Source of the DNA: Trueperaceae bacterium
Lineage (GTDB): Bacteria > Deinococcota > Deinococci > Deinococcales > Trueperaceae
NCBI GenBank assembly: GCA_034520945.1
Contig: JAXHNB010000006.1
Location: forward strand, 288,001-352,000
Length of the DNA: 64,000 nucleotides
Reading direction: 5' to 3'
The notes under the pieces are model-generated. The model had not been told where the DNA came from. It searched no databases and saw only the letters and a list, made by a program, of their open reading frames with translations. This document shows, piece by piece, positions 20,484 to 30,876 of this stretch. Positions within the stretch are counted from its first letter, which is position 1; each line of letters begins with the position of its first letter. A program made the position numbers and the translations under genes.

Positions 20484-22697
20484 TCACCGCAACAAGCGCC
20501 CCAAGGCGTCGCCCAAGTGGGATCGTTCGGTCGGCCTGCGGCCGTGCACCATCAATACGGTGCAGGGCAGGTGCCGCGCCACGCGCGACGCGAAGGACCC
20601 CAGGAGCGTGCGGCGTAGGCTCCAGTGGGCGCGCGTTCCCACCACCGCGACGTCGACGTCCTGCGCTACGCGCGCCAGGCTGCGCCACGGTGGACCATCC
20701 CGGACGATCTGCGTGGCGACCGGCGACGCGAACTGTGCGCACAGCGCCTCCTGATAGCGGCGCGTCGCCGTGAGCCGGGTGCCGCCCACGCGCCGCCCGA
20801 GGGTTCGCAGCACGCGCACGCGGCCGTCGTGGCGGCGGGCCAGCCGGTCGGCCGTCGCGGCCACCAGCGGCGGCAGGGGGGTGCGGCTGCCGATGGCGAG
20901 CACCTGCTGGGCCTTGTCGTACCCGCGGTTCTCGACGAACACGCCGTCGCACGGCAGGTGCCGCATGAGCCAGGACGCCTCGTCGTCGAAGAGGCGGAAG
21001 CGCCGCACCACGGGTGCGCGCTCGGCCAGGACCAGGTCGGCGCCGACGGTACGAACGTGGTTGACGAGGGCGCGTTTGGCGTCGTGGCTGAGCAGTTCCT
21101 CCTGCTCGATCTGGACGTCCGTGCCCTCCGCTGCGGTGGCGAGGGCGCCGATCCACTCGTGCTCGCGCCGCCTCCCCATTTCGGTGCCGGTGCCGATGCC
21201 GGCCTGCTCCGGCACCTCCACCAGGCGTAGCACCTGCACCCGGCCCGTCCCGGGCGTGGACAGATCGGACGCGATGCGCAGCAGTGCGCCCAGGCGCTCC
21301 GTCGGGAGGTCGGGATCGACGGGCACCACGATCGACGTGGGTCGCGCGGCGTCCATGGCCTCCTGCACGTCGGCGAGGTTGCGGTCGTCGGCGCGCCTGC
21401 GGAGCGCGTCCAGGGCGGCTCCCTCCCGGCGCGTGCGGGGCCGCCCGTACGCCAGGTACCACGCGATCCCGCCGAGCGTGATGCCGGCCGCGCCGAGCAG
21501 GGCCGTCACGCCCATGAACGGAATCAACACTACCGTCGCGGCGATCCCGAAGAGCTGCACCCAGGGGTAGGCCGGGGACCGGAAGGTGGGGCGGTAGTGC
21601 GCGGGGTCGCCTTCGCGGAACACGATGACCGCAAGGTTCACGATCGCGAACACCAGCAGTTGGAACGCGCTGGCGAGCTTGGCCAGTTCGAGCACCGGTA
21701 CGAACACGATCAGCGCCAGCATGGTCGCGCCGGTCACGATGATCGCGGCGACCGGCGTGCGGAAGCGGCGATGGATGACGCTCACCACGTCTGGAAGCAG
21801 CCGGTCCCGGCTCATGGCGAACGGGTAGCGCGAGGCCGAGAGGATGCCGGCGTTCGCCATGCTGGTCAACGCCAGCACGGCGGTCACCGCGATGACGGTG
21901 GCGCCGATCGGTCCCAGGAACTGCTCCGCGGCGACCGCCATCGGGGTGGTGCTGCCCAACTGACCGGGTTCGGTGACGCCGACGATGACGAACACGATCG
22001 CGGTGTACACCAGCATCATCACGCCGATCGAGGTGAGGATGCCCAAGGGGATGGTGCGGCCCGGATCGTCGACCTCCTCGGCGATGCTGGCGATCTTGGT
22101 GACGCCGGCGTAGGACACGAACACGAAGCCGGTCGTGGCCAGGAGGCCTTCGAAGCCGGCGGGAAAGAACGGTTGGTAGTTGGCGCTCTCGACCGCGATG
22201 GCGCCGCGGGCCACGAAGGCCACCAGCACGGCCAGGACGGTGGTGACGATGGCGGCCTGCAGCTGGCCGACCTTGCGGACGCCCATCACGTTCAGACCGA
22301 TCAGCGCCACGCCCAATGCCAGGGCGATCGCTTCGACCGGGACGTCACCGAGGAACAGGACCAGGTACGCGCCCAGGCCCACGAGGGCGAAGGCGCTCTT
22401 GAACACCAGCGAGAACCAGGCGCCCACGCCCGCGACGGTGCCCATCATCGGCCCCAGGGCGCGATCGATGAACAGGTAGGTGCCGCCCGCCTCAGGCATG
22501 GCGGTGGCCATCTCCGCCTTGCTGAGGGCCGAGGGAAGCACCACCACGCCTGCCAACAGGTACGCGAGGATCACGGCCGGCCCGGCGATCGATTCCGCCA
22601 GCCCGGGCAGCACGAAGATGCCGCTGCCGATCATGGCGCCGATGCTGATGGTGAACACCGCGTAGAACCCGAGGTCGCGGCCGAGGTAGTCGCGCAT
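20484..22697 (-). CDS. APC-family amino acid permease fused to universal-stress (USP-like) domains
   Basis: GAMIGSGIFVLPG, AEMATAMPEAGG, AEEVDDP, SASRYPFAMSRD; C-terminal LLGSFASRVARHLPCTVLMV. Confidence 0.9.
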   Translation of the reverse strand: MRDYLGRDLGFYAVFTISIGAMIGSGIFVLPGLAESIAGPAVILAYLLAGVVVLPSALSKAEMATAMPEAGGTYLFIDRALGPMMGTVAGVGAWFSLVFKSAFALVGLGAYLVLFLGDVPVEAIALALGVALIGLNVMGVRKVGQLQAAIVTTVLAVLVAFVARGAIAVESANYQPFFPAGFEGLLATTGFVFVSYAGVTKIASIAEEVDDPGRTIPLGILTSIGVMMLVYTAIVFVIVGVTEPGQLGSTTPMAVAAEQFLGPIGATVIAVTAVLALTSMANAGILSASRYPFAMSRDRLLPDVVSVIHRRFRTPVAAIIVTGATMLALIVFVPVLELAKLASAFQLLVFAIVNLAVIVFREGDPAHYRPTFRSPAYPWVQLFGIAATVVLIPFMGVTALLGAAGITLGGIAWYLAYGRPRTRREGAALDALRRRADDRNLADVQEAMDAARPTSIVVPVDPDLPTERLGALLRIASDLSTPGTGRVQVLRLVEVPEQAGIGTGTEMGRRREHEWIGALATAAEGTDVQIEQEELLSHDAKRALVNHVRTVGADLVLAERAPVVRRFRLFDDEASWLMRHLPCDGVFVENRGYDKAQQVLAIGSRTPLPPLVAATADRLARRHDGRVRVLRTLGRRVGGTRLTATRRYQEALCAQFASPVATQIVRDGPPWRSLARVAQDVDVAVVGTRAHWSLRRTLLGSFASRVARHLPCTVLMVHGRRPTERSHLGDALGRLLR

Positions 22698-22778
22698 CGC
22701 CCGCCTACCATAGGCAAACTTGCGCGTGCCGCATGTCGTCGCGGTGCGTGTTCGCGTTCGAACGTGCGGCGGCCGGCT

Positions 22779-24122
22779 CTAGAGGACGCCCAGGGAACGC
22801 AGGAGCACCAGCACCACCAGCAGGGGGGTCAGGTAGCGGAGGGTGAACAACCAGAGGGCGCCCAGGCGCTTCCCTGTGAAGCCGGCCTCCTGAAGCGCGA
22901 CGCTCCGTTGCCAGCCCCACCCGATGAACAGCGCGAAGAGGAGCCCCCCGAGGGGCAGCACCACCTGCGAGGCGGCGAGGTCCAGCCCGTCCAGGATCGG
23001 CCGGCCGAACAGCGACACGTGGTCCAGTCGGCCGTAGCCCAGCGACGAGAAGATGCCCAACACGAAGATGAGCGCGCCGAATGCCAGGCCTGCCCTGCGC
23101 CGCGTCCAGCGGAGGCGCCGCATGGCGTACGCGACGACCACCTCGAGGAGCGACACGGCGGAGGACAGCGCTGCGGCCGCCAGCAACACGAAGAACGCCA
23201 CACCGACCACGGTGCCGCCCGGCATCGCCTCGAAGATGCCCGGCAGGACGATGAACACCAGCGTCGCCCCCGTCGCGGGGTCGATCGCGAAGGCGAACAC
23301 GGCGGGGAAGATCACCAGCCCCGCCACCAGCGCGACCAGGAAGTCGAGGGTCACGATGCGCACCGCGGCGCCGGGCAGGGCGGTCGAGCGGGGCAGGTAG
23401 CTGCCGTAGGTGAGCAGGGCGCCCATGCCTAGACTCAACGAGAAGAACGCCTGACCCACCGCGGCCAGATAGGCCTCACCCTGGGCGAACACCGTCCAGT
23501 CCGGCGCGAACAGGAACCGCAGCCCGCCGCCGGCCCCGGGCAGCGACAGGCTGTAGGCCGCCATCGCCACCAGGAGCAGGGCGAGGAGCGGCATCAGGAT
23601 GCGGTTGGCCCACTCGATCCCGCGCCGCACGCCCATCACCACGATGAGCGTGGTGACGGCCATGAACGCGAACGACCAGGCCAGCGGGGCGAAGGTCTCC
23701 GCGATGAACGCCGAGAAGAAGGCGTCATGACTGCCCACCGTCGCGCTCGTGACCCCACCGCTGAGGTAGCCCGCCAGGTAGCGCACGACCCACCCGCCGA
23801 TGACGGCGTAGTACGACAGGATCACCAGCGCGGCTCCGACCGACAGGTACCCGGCGATCACCCACGGTCGTCCCGGCGCCAGCGTTTCGAAGGCACCGAC
23901 GGCGTCCGACTGCGCCCGGCGTCCGATCACCAGCTCCGCGATCATCACCGGCAGGCCCATCACGACGAGGACCAGGACGTACATCAGCAGAAACGCTGCG
24001 CCCCCGTGCTCCCCCACGACGTACGAGAAGCGCCAGATGTTGCCGAGCCCGACCGCGGAGCCGACGGCGGCCAGGGTGAAGCCGAGCCGGGACCCCCACT
24101 GTTCCCGAGGCGGCACGGTCAT
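22779..24122 (-). CDS. Sodium-dependent transporter, NSS/SNF family
   Basis: REQWGSRLGF, GSAVGLGNIWRF, GQAFFSLSLG, TYGSY. Confidence 0.95.
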   Translation of the reverse strand: MTVPPREQWGSRLGFTLAAVGSAVGLGNIWRFSYVVGEHGGAAFLLMYVLVLVVMGLPVMIAELVIGRRAQSDAVGAFETLAPGRPWVIAGYLSVGAALVILSYYAVIGGWVVRYLAGYLSGGVTSATVGSHDAFFSAFIAETFAPLAWSFAFMAVTTLIVVMGVRRGIEWANRILMPLLALLLVAMAAYSLSLPGAGGGLRFLFAPDWTVFAQGEAYLAAVGQAFFSLSLGMGALLTYGSYLPRSTALPGAAVRIVTLDFLVALVAGLVIFPAVFAFAIDPATGATLVFIVLPGIFEAMPGGTVVGVAFFVLLAAAALSSAVSLLEVVVAYAMRRLRWTRRRAGLAFGALIFVLGIFSSLGYGRLDHVSLFGRPILDGLDLAASQVVLPLGGLLFALFIGWGWQRSVALQEAGFTGKRLGALWLFTLRYLTPLLVVLVLLRSLGVL

Positions 24123-24398
24123 GTCGTCGGTCCGGTGGGCGGGAGCATGGCGGGTCCTCGGCGCCTCATGCCTGCGTACCTCCATCCAGGGCCGGCTCGC
24201 GCGCGGCGATCAACGGCGTGGGGCGACGCGCGCCCCGATGCGCCCAGCATCCCCGGTACGCATAGCCGTGACCAGCGGTGGGTCGGGGACGGGAGGGTAG
24301 GAGTTTCGCGGACGTCGCCGATGCGGCCCCTCCTTCGAAGGCCGGGCCGGGCCGAGGGGTAGGCTGACCCGCATGGCACCGAACCGCGAGGCCCACGC

Positions 24399-26210
24399 GT
24401 GAGGAGGCGTCGCGGATGGTACCTCGTGCCCGCACTGATGGTCATGGCGGCCCTGATGCGGCTCACGTTCTCGGGCCCGTCCGGGGCGGCGCCCGGCTCG
24501 TGCGGCGATGCTGCCACGCCCATGCACGCGGTGCAGGGTGCCTCCGAGGTCAGTCCCATGGAGGGGCGCTCGGTCGTGGTGGAGGGCGGTTTGATCGGCG
24601 ACTTCCAAGCGGCGGAGGAACTGCAGGGCTTCTTCGTGCAGGAGGCGGACGCCGACCGGGACGACGATCCGGCCACCTCCGAAGCCCTGTTCGTGTTCGA
24701 GGGCGAGGAGGTCACGCGCGAGGTCGCGGAGGGGGACCGCGTCCGCGTCGCCGGCACCGTCAAGGAATACGGCGGCATGACCGAGCTGACCGACGTCACG
24801 GGCGTCACCATATGCGGGGAGGCCGGCCAGGTCACGCCGGTGGCGCTGCGGCTGCCGCTCGGCGAGGCGGCGTTGGAACGGGTCGAGAACATGCGGGTGA
24901 CGTTCCCGCAGGCCTTGACGATCAGCGGGTACGCCGACTTCGACCGGTTCGGCGAGATCACGTTGTCGCACCCGGCCGGCGGGCGGCCGCGAATGATCAC
25001 GCCGACGGCGCACCTGGATCCCGGTGATCCCGAGGCGGCCCGCCAGGTGCGCACCGCGGCATCGCGGCGCATCACGCTGGACGACGGTCGTTACGTGCAG
25101 AATCCGGATCCGCTTCGCCACCCGGACGGCCAGGCATTCACACAGGACCACAGGTTCCGGGGCGGCGACCTCGTCACCGACGCGGAAGGAATGTTGACGT
25201 ACGCCTTCGGCGCCTACCGGCTGCACCCCACCCGCGCCGCGACGTACACCGGTACGAACCCGCGCCCGACCGTGCCCGAGGAGGTCGGCGGGGCGTTGCG
25301 CGTCGCAGCCGTCAACGCCCACAACTACTTCACCACCCTGGGGCGTCGCGGCGCGCAGGATGCGGACGCGCTCGCGCGGCAGCGCGCCAAGCTGGTGGCG
25401 ATGCTGGCCAGCCTGGACGCCGACGTGCTGGCGCTCGTCGAAGTCGAGAACGGCGACGGCGCCGCAATCGACCTGATCTCGGCCCTCGAGGACGAGGGCG
25501 GCGGGGGGTCGTACGACGTGGTGCGAACCGGCGTGCTGGGGTCGGACGAGATCGAGGTGGCGCTGGCCTACCGGCCCGCCGCCGTCACGCCCGTCGGGCC
25601 TCACGCCGTGCTGGACGCGCCCGCGTTCCTCGACCCCAACGACGTCGGGATGGACCTGAACCGCCCGGTCCTGGCGCAGACCTTCGAGGACGCCCGTGGC
25701 GGCGTGTTCACGGTCGCGGCCGTCCACCTGAAGAGCAAGGGCTCGGCGTGCGGCGCGGGGGACGACGATCCGCTGCAGGGGAACTGCAACCGTACCCGCG
25801 CCCTGGCGGCGCGGCACCTGAGCGCGTGGCTTGCGGGTGACCCGACCGGCAGCGGTGACCCGGACGCCTTGATCCTGGGCGACCTGAACGCGTACGACCA
25901 GGAGGACCCCATCCGGGCGCTGGAAGCGGGCGGGTACACCGACCTGCTGGACCGCCATGAAGGTGCATTCGCGTACACGTACGGTTTCGACGCGCAGTTC
26001 GGCCATCTGGACTACGCGCTGGCCAACGCATCCCTCGCGCCGCAGGTCACGGGCGCCACCGCCTGGCACGTAAACGCCGACGAGCCCGACGTGCTCGACG
26101 ATCGTGCCGACCACGCCGGGCCGGCCCAGCGGGCGCTGTACCGGCCGGATGCCTTCCGCGCCTCGGACCACGATCCCGTGCTCATCGGACTCGAACTCGA
26201 CACCCCTTGA
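24399..26210 (+). CDS. ExeM/NucH family extracellular endonuclease
   Basis: GFFVQE..D.DPATSEALFV, OB-fold region, NAHNYF, EVEN, HLKSKGS, GDLNAY, SDHDPV. Confidence 0.92.
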   Translation: MRRRRGWYLVPALMVMAALMRLTFSGPSGAAPGSCGDAATPMHAVQGASEVSPMEGRSVVVEGGLIGDFQAAEELQGFFVQEADADRDDDPATSEALFVFEGEEVTREVAEGDRVRVAGTVKEYGGMTELTDVTGVTICGEAGQVTPVALRLPLGEAALERVENMRVTFPQALTISGYADFDRFGEITLSHPAGGRPRMITPTAHLDPGDPEAARQVRTAASRRITLDDGRYVQNPDPLRHPDGQAFTQDHRFRGGDLVTDAEGMLTYAFGAYRLHPTRAATYTGTNPRPTVPEEVGGALRVAAVNAHNYFTTLGRRGAQDADALARQRAKLVAMLASLDADVLALVEVENGDGAAIDLISALEDEGGGGSYDVVRTGVLGSDEIEVALAYRPAAVTPVGPHAVLDAPAFLDPNDVGMDLNRPVLAQTFEDARGGVFTVAAVHLKSKGSACGAGDDDPLQGNCNRTRALAARHLSAWLAGDPTGSGDPDALILGDLNAYDQEDPIRALEAGGYTDLLDRHEGAFAYTYGFDAQFGHLDYALANASLAPQVTGATAWHVNADEPDVLDDRADHAGPAQRALYRPDAFRASDHDPVLIGLELDTP

Positions 26211-26282
26211 CCTTCGAGGCGGCTTCGGCCCCTATCCTGCATCCGAGGTGCCCCCCGGTTGGGGGCGGAAGGGAGCGACGAC

Positions 26283-26738
26283 ATGCCTAAATCGCGCGAC
26301 ATGGACGCGACACGACGCATCTTGACGACCTCTCGCATCGTGGCGGTGCTCGGTGCGCACCCCGACACGAGCAAGCCGGCGCACTTCGTGCCCGCCTACC
26401 TGCACGAGCAGGGGTTCGAGGTGCACCCCGTCAACCCGACCTACACCGATGAACGCCTGTGGGGACGCCTGCCGGCGGGCCGCTTGGCGGACCTCGACAC
26501 GCCTGTCGACGTGGTCGACGTGTTTCGGCGTAGCGAGCACCTCCCCGGGCATCTGGACGACGTGCTGGCGATGGATCCGTTGCCGAAGGTGGTGTGGTTC
26601 CAGAAAGGCATCCGGCACGACGAGGTGGCCCGGCAGCTGGAGGGGCGCGGAATCGAGGTCGTCCAGGACGCCTGCATGCTGGCACTGCACAAGAAGCTCG
26701 GCCTTCAGCGGGGGGCCGAGCCCGACGCGAAGCGCTGA
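26283..26738 (+). CDS. CoA-binding protein (YccU-like)
   Basis: VAVLGA, PVNP, VDVVDVFRRS, VWFQKGI, VVQDAC. Confidence 0.9.
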   Translation: MPKSRDMDATRRILTTSRIVAVLGAHPDTSKPAHFVPAYLHEQGFEVHPVNPTYTDERLWGRLPAGRLADLDTPVDVVDVFRRSEHLPGHLDDVLAMDPLPKVVWFQKGIRHDEVARQLEGRGIEVVQDACMLALHKKLGLQRGAEPDAKR

Positions 26739-26874
26739 CGCCGGAATGCGGGGCCTGGTGGGGACGCCTGCCCCCGCTCGCGTACCGCACGGAGGTGCGC
26801 TGAAACGCGCCATGTTCGTCGTGCGCGGGTGTTCGACACCGACGCCGCGAGGGTCCGCGTGCTAGCGTGAACAC

Positions 26875-27270
26875 ATGAAGCAGCTGAAGATCGTGATGGC
26901 CATCGCGTTTGCCGGCGTGCTCGCAGCGTGTGCGCCGGGCACGATTACGCCCGAAGAGCTGGTCGTGACCCGGCCGTACGACGAGGCCTTCGCGCTGGTG
27001 ACCAACACCATCGCGACCCAGCCGTACCCCGACGACACCACCGGGTGGGTGGTGACCCAGTCCGATCAGGTGGGTGGGTTCGTCACGGCCGAGCTCGAGG
27101 GCCGCGCCTGCGCCTTCCTGGGATTGGGATGCGAGCCGTACACCGCACGGGTTTCGGTGGCGCTGAACACGCGGGGCGAGGAGCTCACCGCGGTGCAGAT
27201 CAGCCAGACGGGGCACTCGGTGGCGCAGGACCTCGCCGACCGGCTGGCCGACCGGTTGCGGGCTCCGTAG
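26875..27270 (+). CDS. Hypothetical lipoprotein
   Basis: MKQLKIVMAIAFAGVLAAC lipobox; leaderless -10 TAGCGT 6 nt upstream. Confidence 0.8.
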   Translation: MKQLKIVMAIAFAGVLAACAPGTITPEELVVTRPYDEAFALVTNTIATQPYPDDTTGWVVTQSDQVGGFVTAELEGRACAFLGLGCEPYTARVSVALNTRGEELTAVQISQTGHSVAQDLADRLADRLRAP

Positions 27271-27392
27271 GCGATCGGGGCCCGACGCACGGGTCACGGG
27301 TCGGCGCGGCTGCAGGTCGAAGCGGGGATCGGGCCGTTCCCCGCGTCTCGGCCGGAGGCGAACCGGCCACGGGAAAGAACGGGGTGGTCAAA

Positions 27393-27920
27393 GTGTCGAC
27401 CGACGTGTTGGTGGCATACGCCAGCAAGCACGGCGCGACGGCCGAGATCGCGGAGCACATCGCGCACGTCCTGCGGGGCGGCGGCCTTCGCGTCGAGGTC
27501 GCGCCCGCCGGCGCGGTGCACGATCTCGGGCCGTACACCGCGGTGGTGCTCGGCAGCGCGGTGTACATGGGCGGCTGGCGGCGCGAAGCCGCGCGCTTCC
27601 TGAAACGCTTCGAACAGGAATTGTCCGAACGGCCGGTGTGGCTGTTCTCCAGCGGCCCGACCGGCTTGGGCGATCCCGTGGCGTTGGTCCATGGCCGGCG
27701 GGTGCCCGACGGCCTGAAGGCGTTGGTGGCGGGCATCGAGCCCAAGGACGTGACCGTGTTCCACGGACGGCTGGACCCGGAAACGTTGGGGCGGATCGAA
27801 CGCTGGGTCGTCACGCGGGTGGCGGCGCCCAGCGGCGATTTTCGTGATGCTGCTGCCATCCGCGACTGGGCGCAAGGGATCGCGAGCGAGCTGACGCCGG
27901 CCGTACTGGCCCCCGCGTAG
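27393..27920 (+). CDS. Flavodoxin-domain protein (HemG-like)
   Basis: VLVAYASKHGATAEIA, VVLGSAVYMG, VWLFSSGP, GDFRD...WA; start approximate. Confidence 0.88.
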   Translation: MSTDVLVAYASKHGATAEIAEHIAHVLRGGGLRVEVAPAGAVHDLGPYTAVVLGSAVYMGGWRREAARFLKRFEQELSERPVWLFSSGPTGLGDPVALVHGRRVPDGLKALVAGIEPKDVTVFHGRLDPETLGRIERWVVTRVAAPSGDFRDAAAIRDWAQGIASELTPAVLAPA

Positions 27921-27974
27921 GGCCACGCCGGCGTGCGTGCGGCCCTACGCCCGGACGCGGGTCACGCCGGCCGT

Positions 27975-28937
27975 TCAGCGAGGCCGAATCCGCGTAACTC
28001 GCACCGCGCCGTCGGCCGTGAGCACGCCCCGCACCTCGACGTACGAGCCGATGTCGGGATCGTCGTCGATGCGGGTGTCGGGCGTGATCGTGAGGGGTAG
28101 CCCGTCCAGGACCCAGCGGGCGGAGAGGGTGCCGTGCAGGCGGACCTCGGCGCCGGCCCGGATGCCGGTGGCTTCGCCGTCGGGGCCGGATGCGCCGCCC
28201 TCGATCCAGGTTCGGATGCGTGCGATGGCGTCCTCGCTCAAATAGGGGGGACCGTCGAAGGGCATACGGGGCAGCGACATGCCGGTGACGCGCCGGTACA
28301 GCTCGCTGGCCAACGGCATCCCCGGTACCACCAAGGGCCGTTCCGTGCCGGCGACGATGGCGTCGTGCGAGGTGACGACGAACCCCTCGGGCGGCGCGCC
28401 CATGACGCCGTTCGGGGCATGGCAGTGGGCGCACCGGCGTTGGAAGGTCTGCATTACGTTCGCAAAGGTGCCGGGCTCGGCGGTAGCCGCATCGGGGAGG
28501 CCAGCGTCCGCCTCCGCCGCGTCCACGCCCCCCATGCCCGACGAATCCGTGTCCGACGTGCCGGCTGGCGCGCCCGCTTCGATCCAGGACACGATCAGGG
28601 CGATGGTTTCGTCGTCCAGGTAGGGCGGGCCGGTCAGCGGCATGCGCGGTTGGCTGGTGCCGCGAATGCGGTGAACCAGCTCGCTTGCGTCGGGGTCCCC
28701 GGGGACGACCACAGGGCCGCGGTCGCTACCCGCCAGTACGGCCTCGTGACGGGTCAATGACAGGCCTCTCGGGGGATTGTCGCCGCTGTGGCACATGGTG
28801 CAGTGGTGCTCGAGAATGGGCGCGACGTCGTCGAACGTCGGCGTGGGCGCCTGTCCGGCGACCATCGAACCCAGCAGCAGCGTGACCAGCACGAGCAGAG
28901 CACGCCCAAGAACGTGGACGCCGATTGGGAGGGTCAT
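27975..28937 (-). CDS. Diheme cytochrome c (two planctomycete-type cytochrome c domains) with C-terminal DUF5666-like domain
   Basis: Signal peptide; CTMCH and CAHCH, each followed by VVPG.P..SEL and PRMP..GPPYL. Confidence 0.85.
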   Translation of the reverse strand: MTLPIGVHVLGRALLVLVTLLLGSMVAGQAPTPTFDDVAPILEHHCTMCHSGDNPPRGLSLTRHEAVLAGSDRGPVVVPGDPDASELVHRIRGTSQPRMPLTGPPYLDDETIALIVSWIEAGAPAGTSDTDSSGMGGVDAAEADAGLPDAATAEPGTFANVMQTFQRRCAHCHAPNGVMGAPPEGFVVTSHDAIVAGTERPLVVPGMPLASELYRRVTGMSLPRMPFDGPPYLSEDAIARIRTWIEGGASGPDGEATGIRAGAEVRLHGTLSARWVLDGLPLTITPDTRIDDDPDIGSYVEVRGVLTADGAVRVTRIRPR

Positions 28938-29104
28938 GCCCCGAGGATACGGCACGTAGCGGGTGACGGGAGGCGCGGCGTTGCGGAGCGGCATGATGCG
29001 CGGTCGACGCGCCGAGCCCATGTGTGAACCCGAGAGTCCGACGTAGGTTACAAGTAAGTTGTCCAAGTTGGATGAAAAGCGCTTAATGAATCAGGGAACA
29101 GATG

Positions 29105-29113
29105 TGGTAGTAT
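29105..29113 (+). promoter_or_regulatory. Extended -10 promoter (TGn-TAGTAT) in an AT-rich patch upstream of the ice-binding gene
   Basis: TGG-TAGTAT; SD AGGAG downstream before ATG 29162. Confidence 0.5.
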
Positions 29114-29161
29114 CAATTGTTTCTGGCCCGCAAGATTGGTGTCGGAACACATAGGAGAATC

Positions 29162-30265
29162 ATGAAGTCATTCGATCGATACACGAGGCGCATTCTGGGA
29201 TCGATGGTCATCGTCCTGACGGTGTTTCTCGCAGCTTGTTCCACGTTCACGTCGGACGACACGACCGCGCCTGTGGTGACGTCGCTGACGCCGGTCGCGG
29301 GTGCGACGGGTGTGGCGACGAACACGCGGGTCGTTCTTGCGTTCGATGAGCTGATGAATCCGGCGACGTTGTCCAGTAGCGACTTTACGTTGGCTGGGGG
29401 CGGTTCGTCGTCCGTTGCCGGTGACCTTGCGTACGATGAGGATACCGACAGCTTGGTGTTCACGCCGTCGAGCGTGTTGGATGCGTCGACGGAGTACACG
29501 GCGACGTTGACGCCGGGCATCGAGGACGTGGCGGGCAATACGCTTGCCGACGATGTCGAATGGTCGTTCACCACCGCTGACGCGGTCCCCTCGATCCAGC
29601 CCGTCGACCTCGGAACCGCCGCTGACTTCGTGATCCTGGCGAAGACGGCCGTGACGACGACAGGCGCGACCAGCGTCGTAGGCGACATCGGCATCAGCCC
29701 CGCCGCCCAAAGCTCCATCACCGGCTTCTCCGAAACCCTCGATGCCTCGGGAACCTTCGCGACCTCGAGCCTCGTGACGGGACGGATCTATGCTGCCGAC
29801 ATGGCGGTTCCTACCCCCGCCAAGATGACGACGGCCATCAGCGACATGGATACGGCGTACACCGATGCCGCCGGACGCACCTCGCCTGACTTCACGGAAC
29901 TCGGCGCGGGGGACATCAGTGGCCTGACGCTCGTTCCCGGCCTCTACAAGTGGGGGACCGGCGTGATGGTCTCGACCGACGTCACCCTGTCGGGCACGAG
30001 CGACGACGTCTGGATCTTCCAGGTCGCGCAGGACCTCACCGTCGCCAACGGTGCCCAGATGAACCTGTCCGGCGGCGCCCAGCCCGAGAACGTGTTCTGG
30101 CAGATTGCCGGCCAGGCGACCTTCGGCACGGGTTCCGATGTCCAGGGCATCGTGTTGAGCAAGACGCAGATCGTTCTCCAAAGCGGTGCCGTGTTCAGCG
30201 GCAGGGCACTGGCCCAGACCGCTGTGACGATGGATGCGAACACGGTGACGCAGCCTACGGACTGA
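29162..30265 (+). CDS. Ice-binding family (DUF3494) lipoprotein with Ig-like (Big_5) stalk
   Basis: Lipobox LAAC; DTTAPVV...FDELMNPATL...DVAGNTL..WSFTT; then VDLGTAADFVILAKT, GDIGISP, AYTDAAGR, PGLYKW, VWIFQ, NVFWQ, GRALAQTAVT. Confidence 0.93.
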   Translation: MKSFDRYTRRILGSMVIVLTVFLAACSTFTSDDTTAPVVTSLTPVAGATGVATNTRVVLAFDELMNPATLSSSDFTLAGGGSSSVAGDLAYDEDTDSLVFTPSSVLDASTEYTATLTPGIEDVAGNTLADDVEWSFTTADAVPSIQPVDLGTAADFVILAKTAVTTTGATSVVGDIGISPAAQSSITGFSETLDASGTFATSSLVTGRIYAADMAVPTPAKMTTAISDMDTAYTDAAGRTSPDFTELGAGDISGLTLVPGLYKWGTGVMVSTDVTLSGTSDDVWIFQVAQDLTVANGAQMNLSGGAQPENVFWQIAGQATFGTGSDVQGIVLSKTQIVLQSGAVFSGRALAQTAVTMDANTVTQPTD

Positions 30266-30378
30266 CCGTCTTCGGGGCGCCGTAGCACACGCGCGGCCGC
30301 CATATCCCGAACGAAGGGCGACCGCCATGCGCACGTGCGCATGGCGGTCGCCTTCTGTGACCGGAACGACGACGCAGG

Positions 30379-30825
30379 CTACTCTTGTGCGACGTCCCTT
30401 ACCGTGTGCGACGGCCCTTCGGCTTCGCTTAGGTCCACCGTCACCTCGCGTCCCCCGAAGCCGTGCACGTTGCACCGGGCGCGAACCGTGAACACGGTGA
30501 CCCCGTCCGGAAGTTCGAGGCCTCGCAGGCTACGCGTGAACGGTTGCTCGGCGTCGTGGGGGTGCAGCAGTTCCCGTTCGCCGTACACCTCGCCGCTGTC
30601 GGGATCGACGACCTGCCAGGCATCGGCGTAGTGGTCCCAGCCTTCGTCCCGGTGGCGAACGGTGACGGACACGTCGTAGCGGCCATCGTCCCGAACCGTG
30701 ACGACGACCTCTTCGACCTGGGCGTACGCCAGCGAGGTCTCAAAGGCGGGTTCTTCCTCCTGCGCGCAGGTGAGGGAGGAGGTGAGGGCCAGCGCGAGCG
30801 TTGCCAGGAGCGTGAGGCGGAGCAT
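30379..30825 (-). CDS. Conserved secreted hypothetical protein
   Basis: Signal peptide; H.DEGWDHYADAW, LLHPH..EQPFTRS, ARCNVHGFGG. Confidence 0.8.
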   Translation of the reverse strand: MLRLTLLATLALALTSSLTCAQEEEPAFETSLAYAQVEEVVVTVRDDGRYDVSVTVRHRDEGWDHYADAWQVVDPDSGEVYGERELLHPHDAEQPFTRSLRGLELPDGVTVFTVRARCNVHGFGGREVTVDLSEAEGPSHTVRDVAQE

Positions 30826-30876
30826 GACGCGAGGATACGCCGGCATTCGGCCGCGCGTCGACCGGCCGCGACGCGC

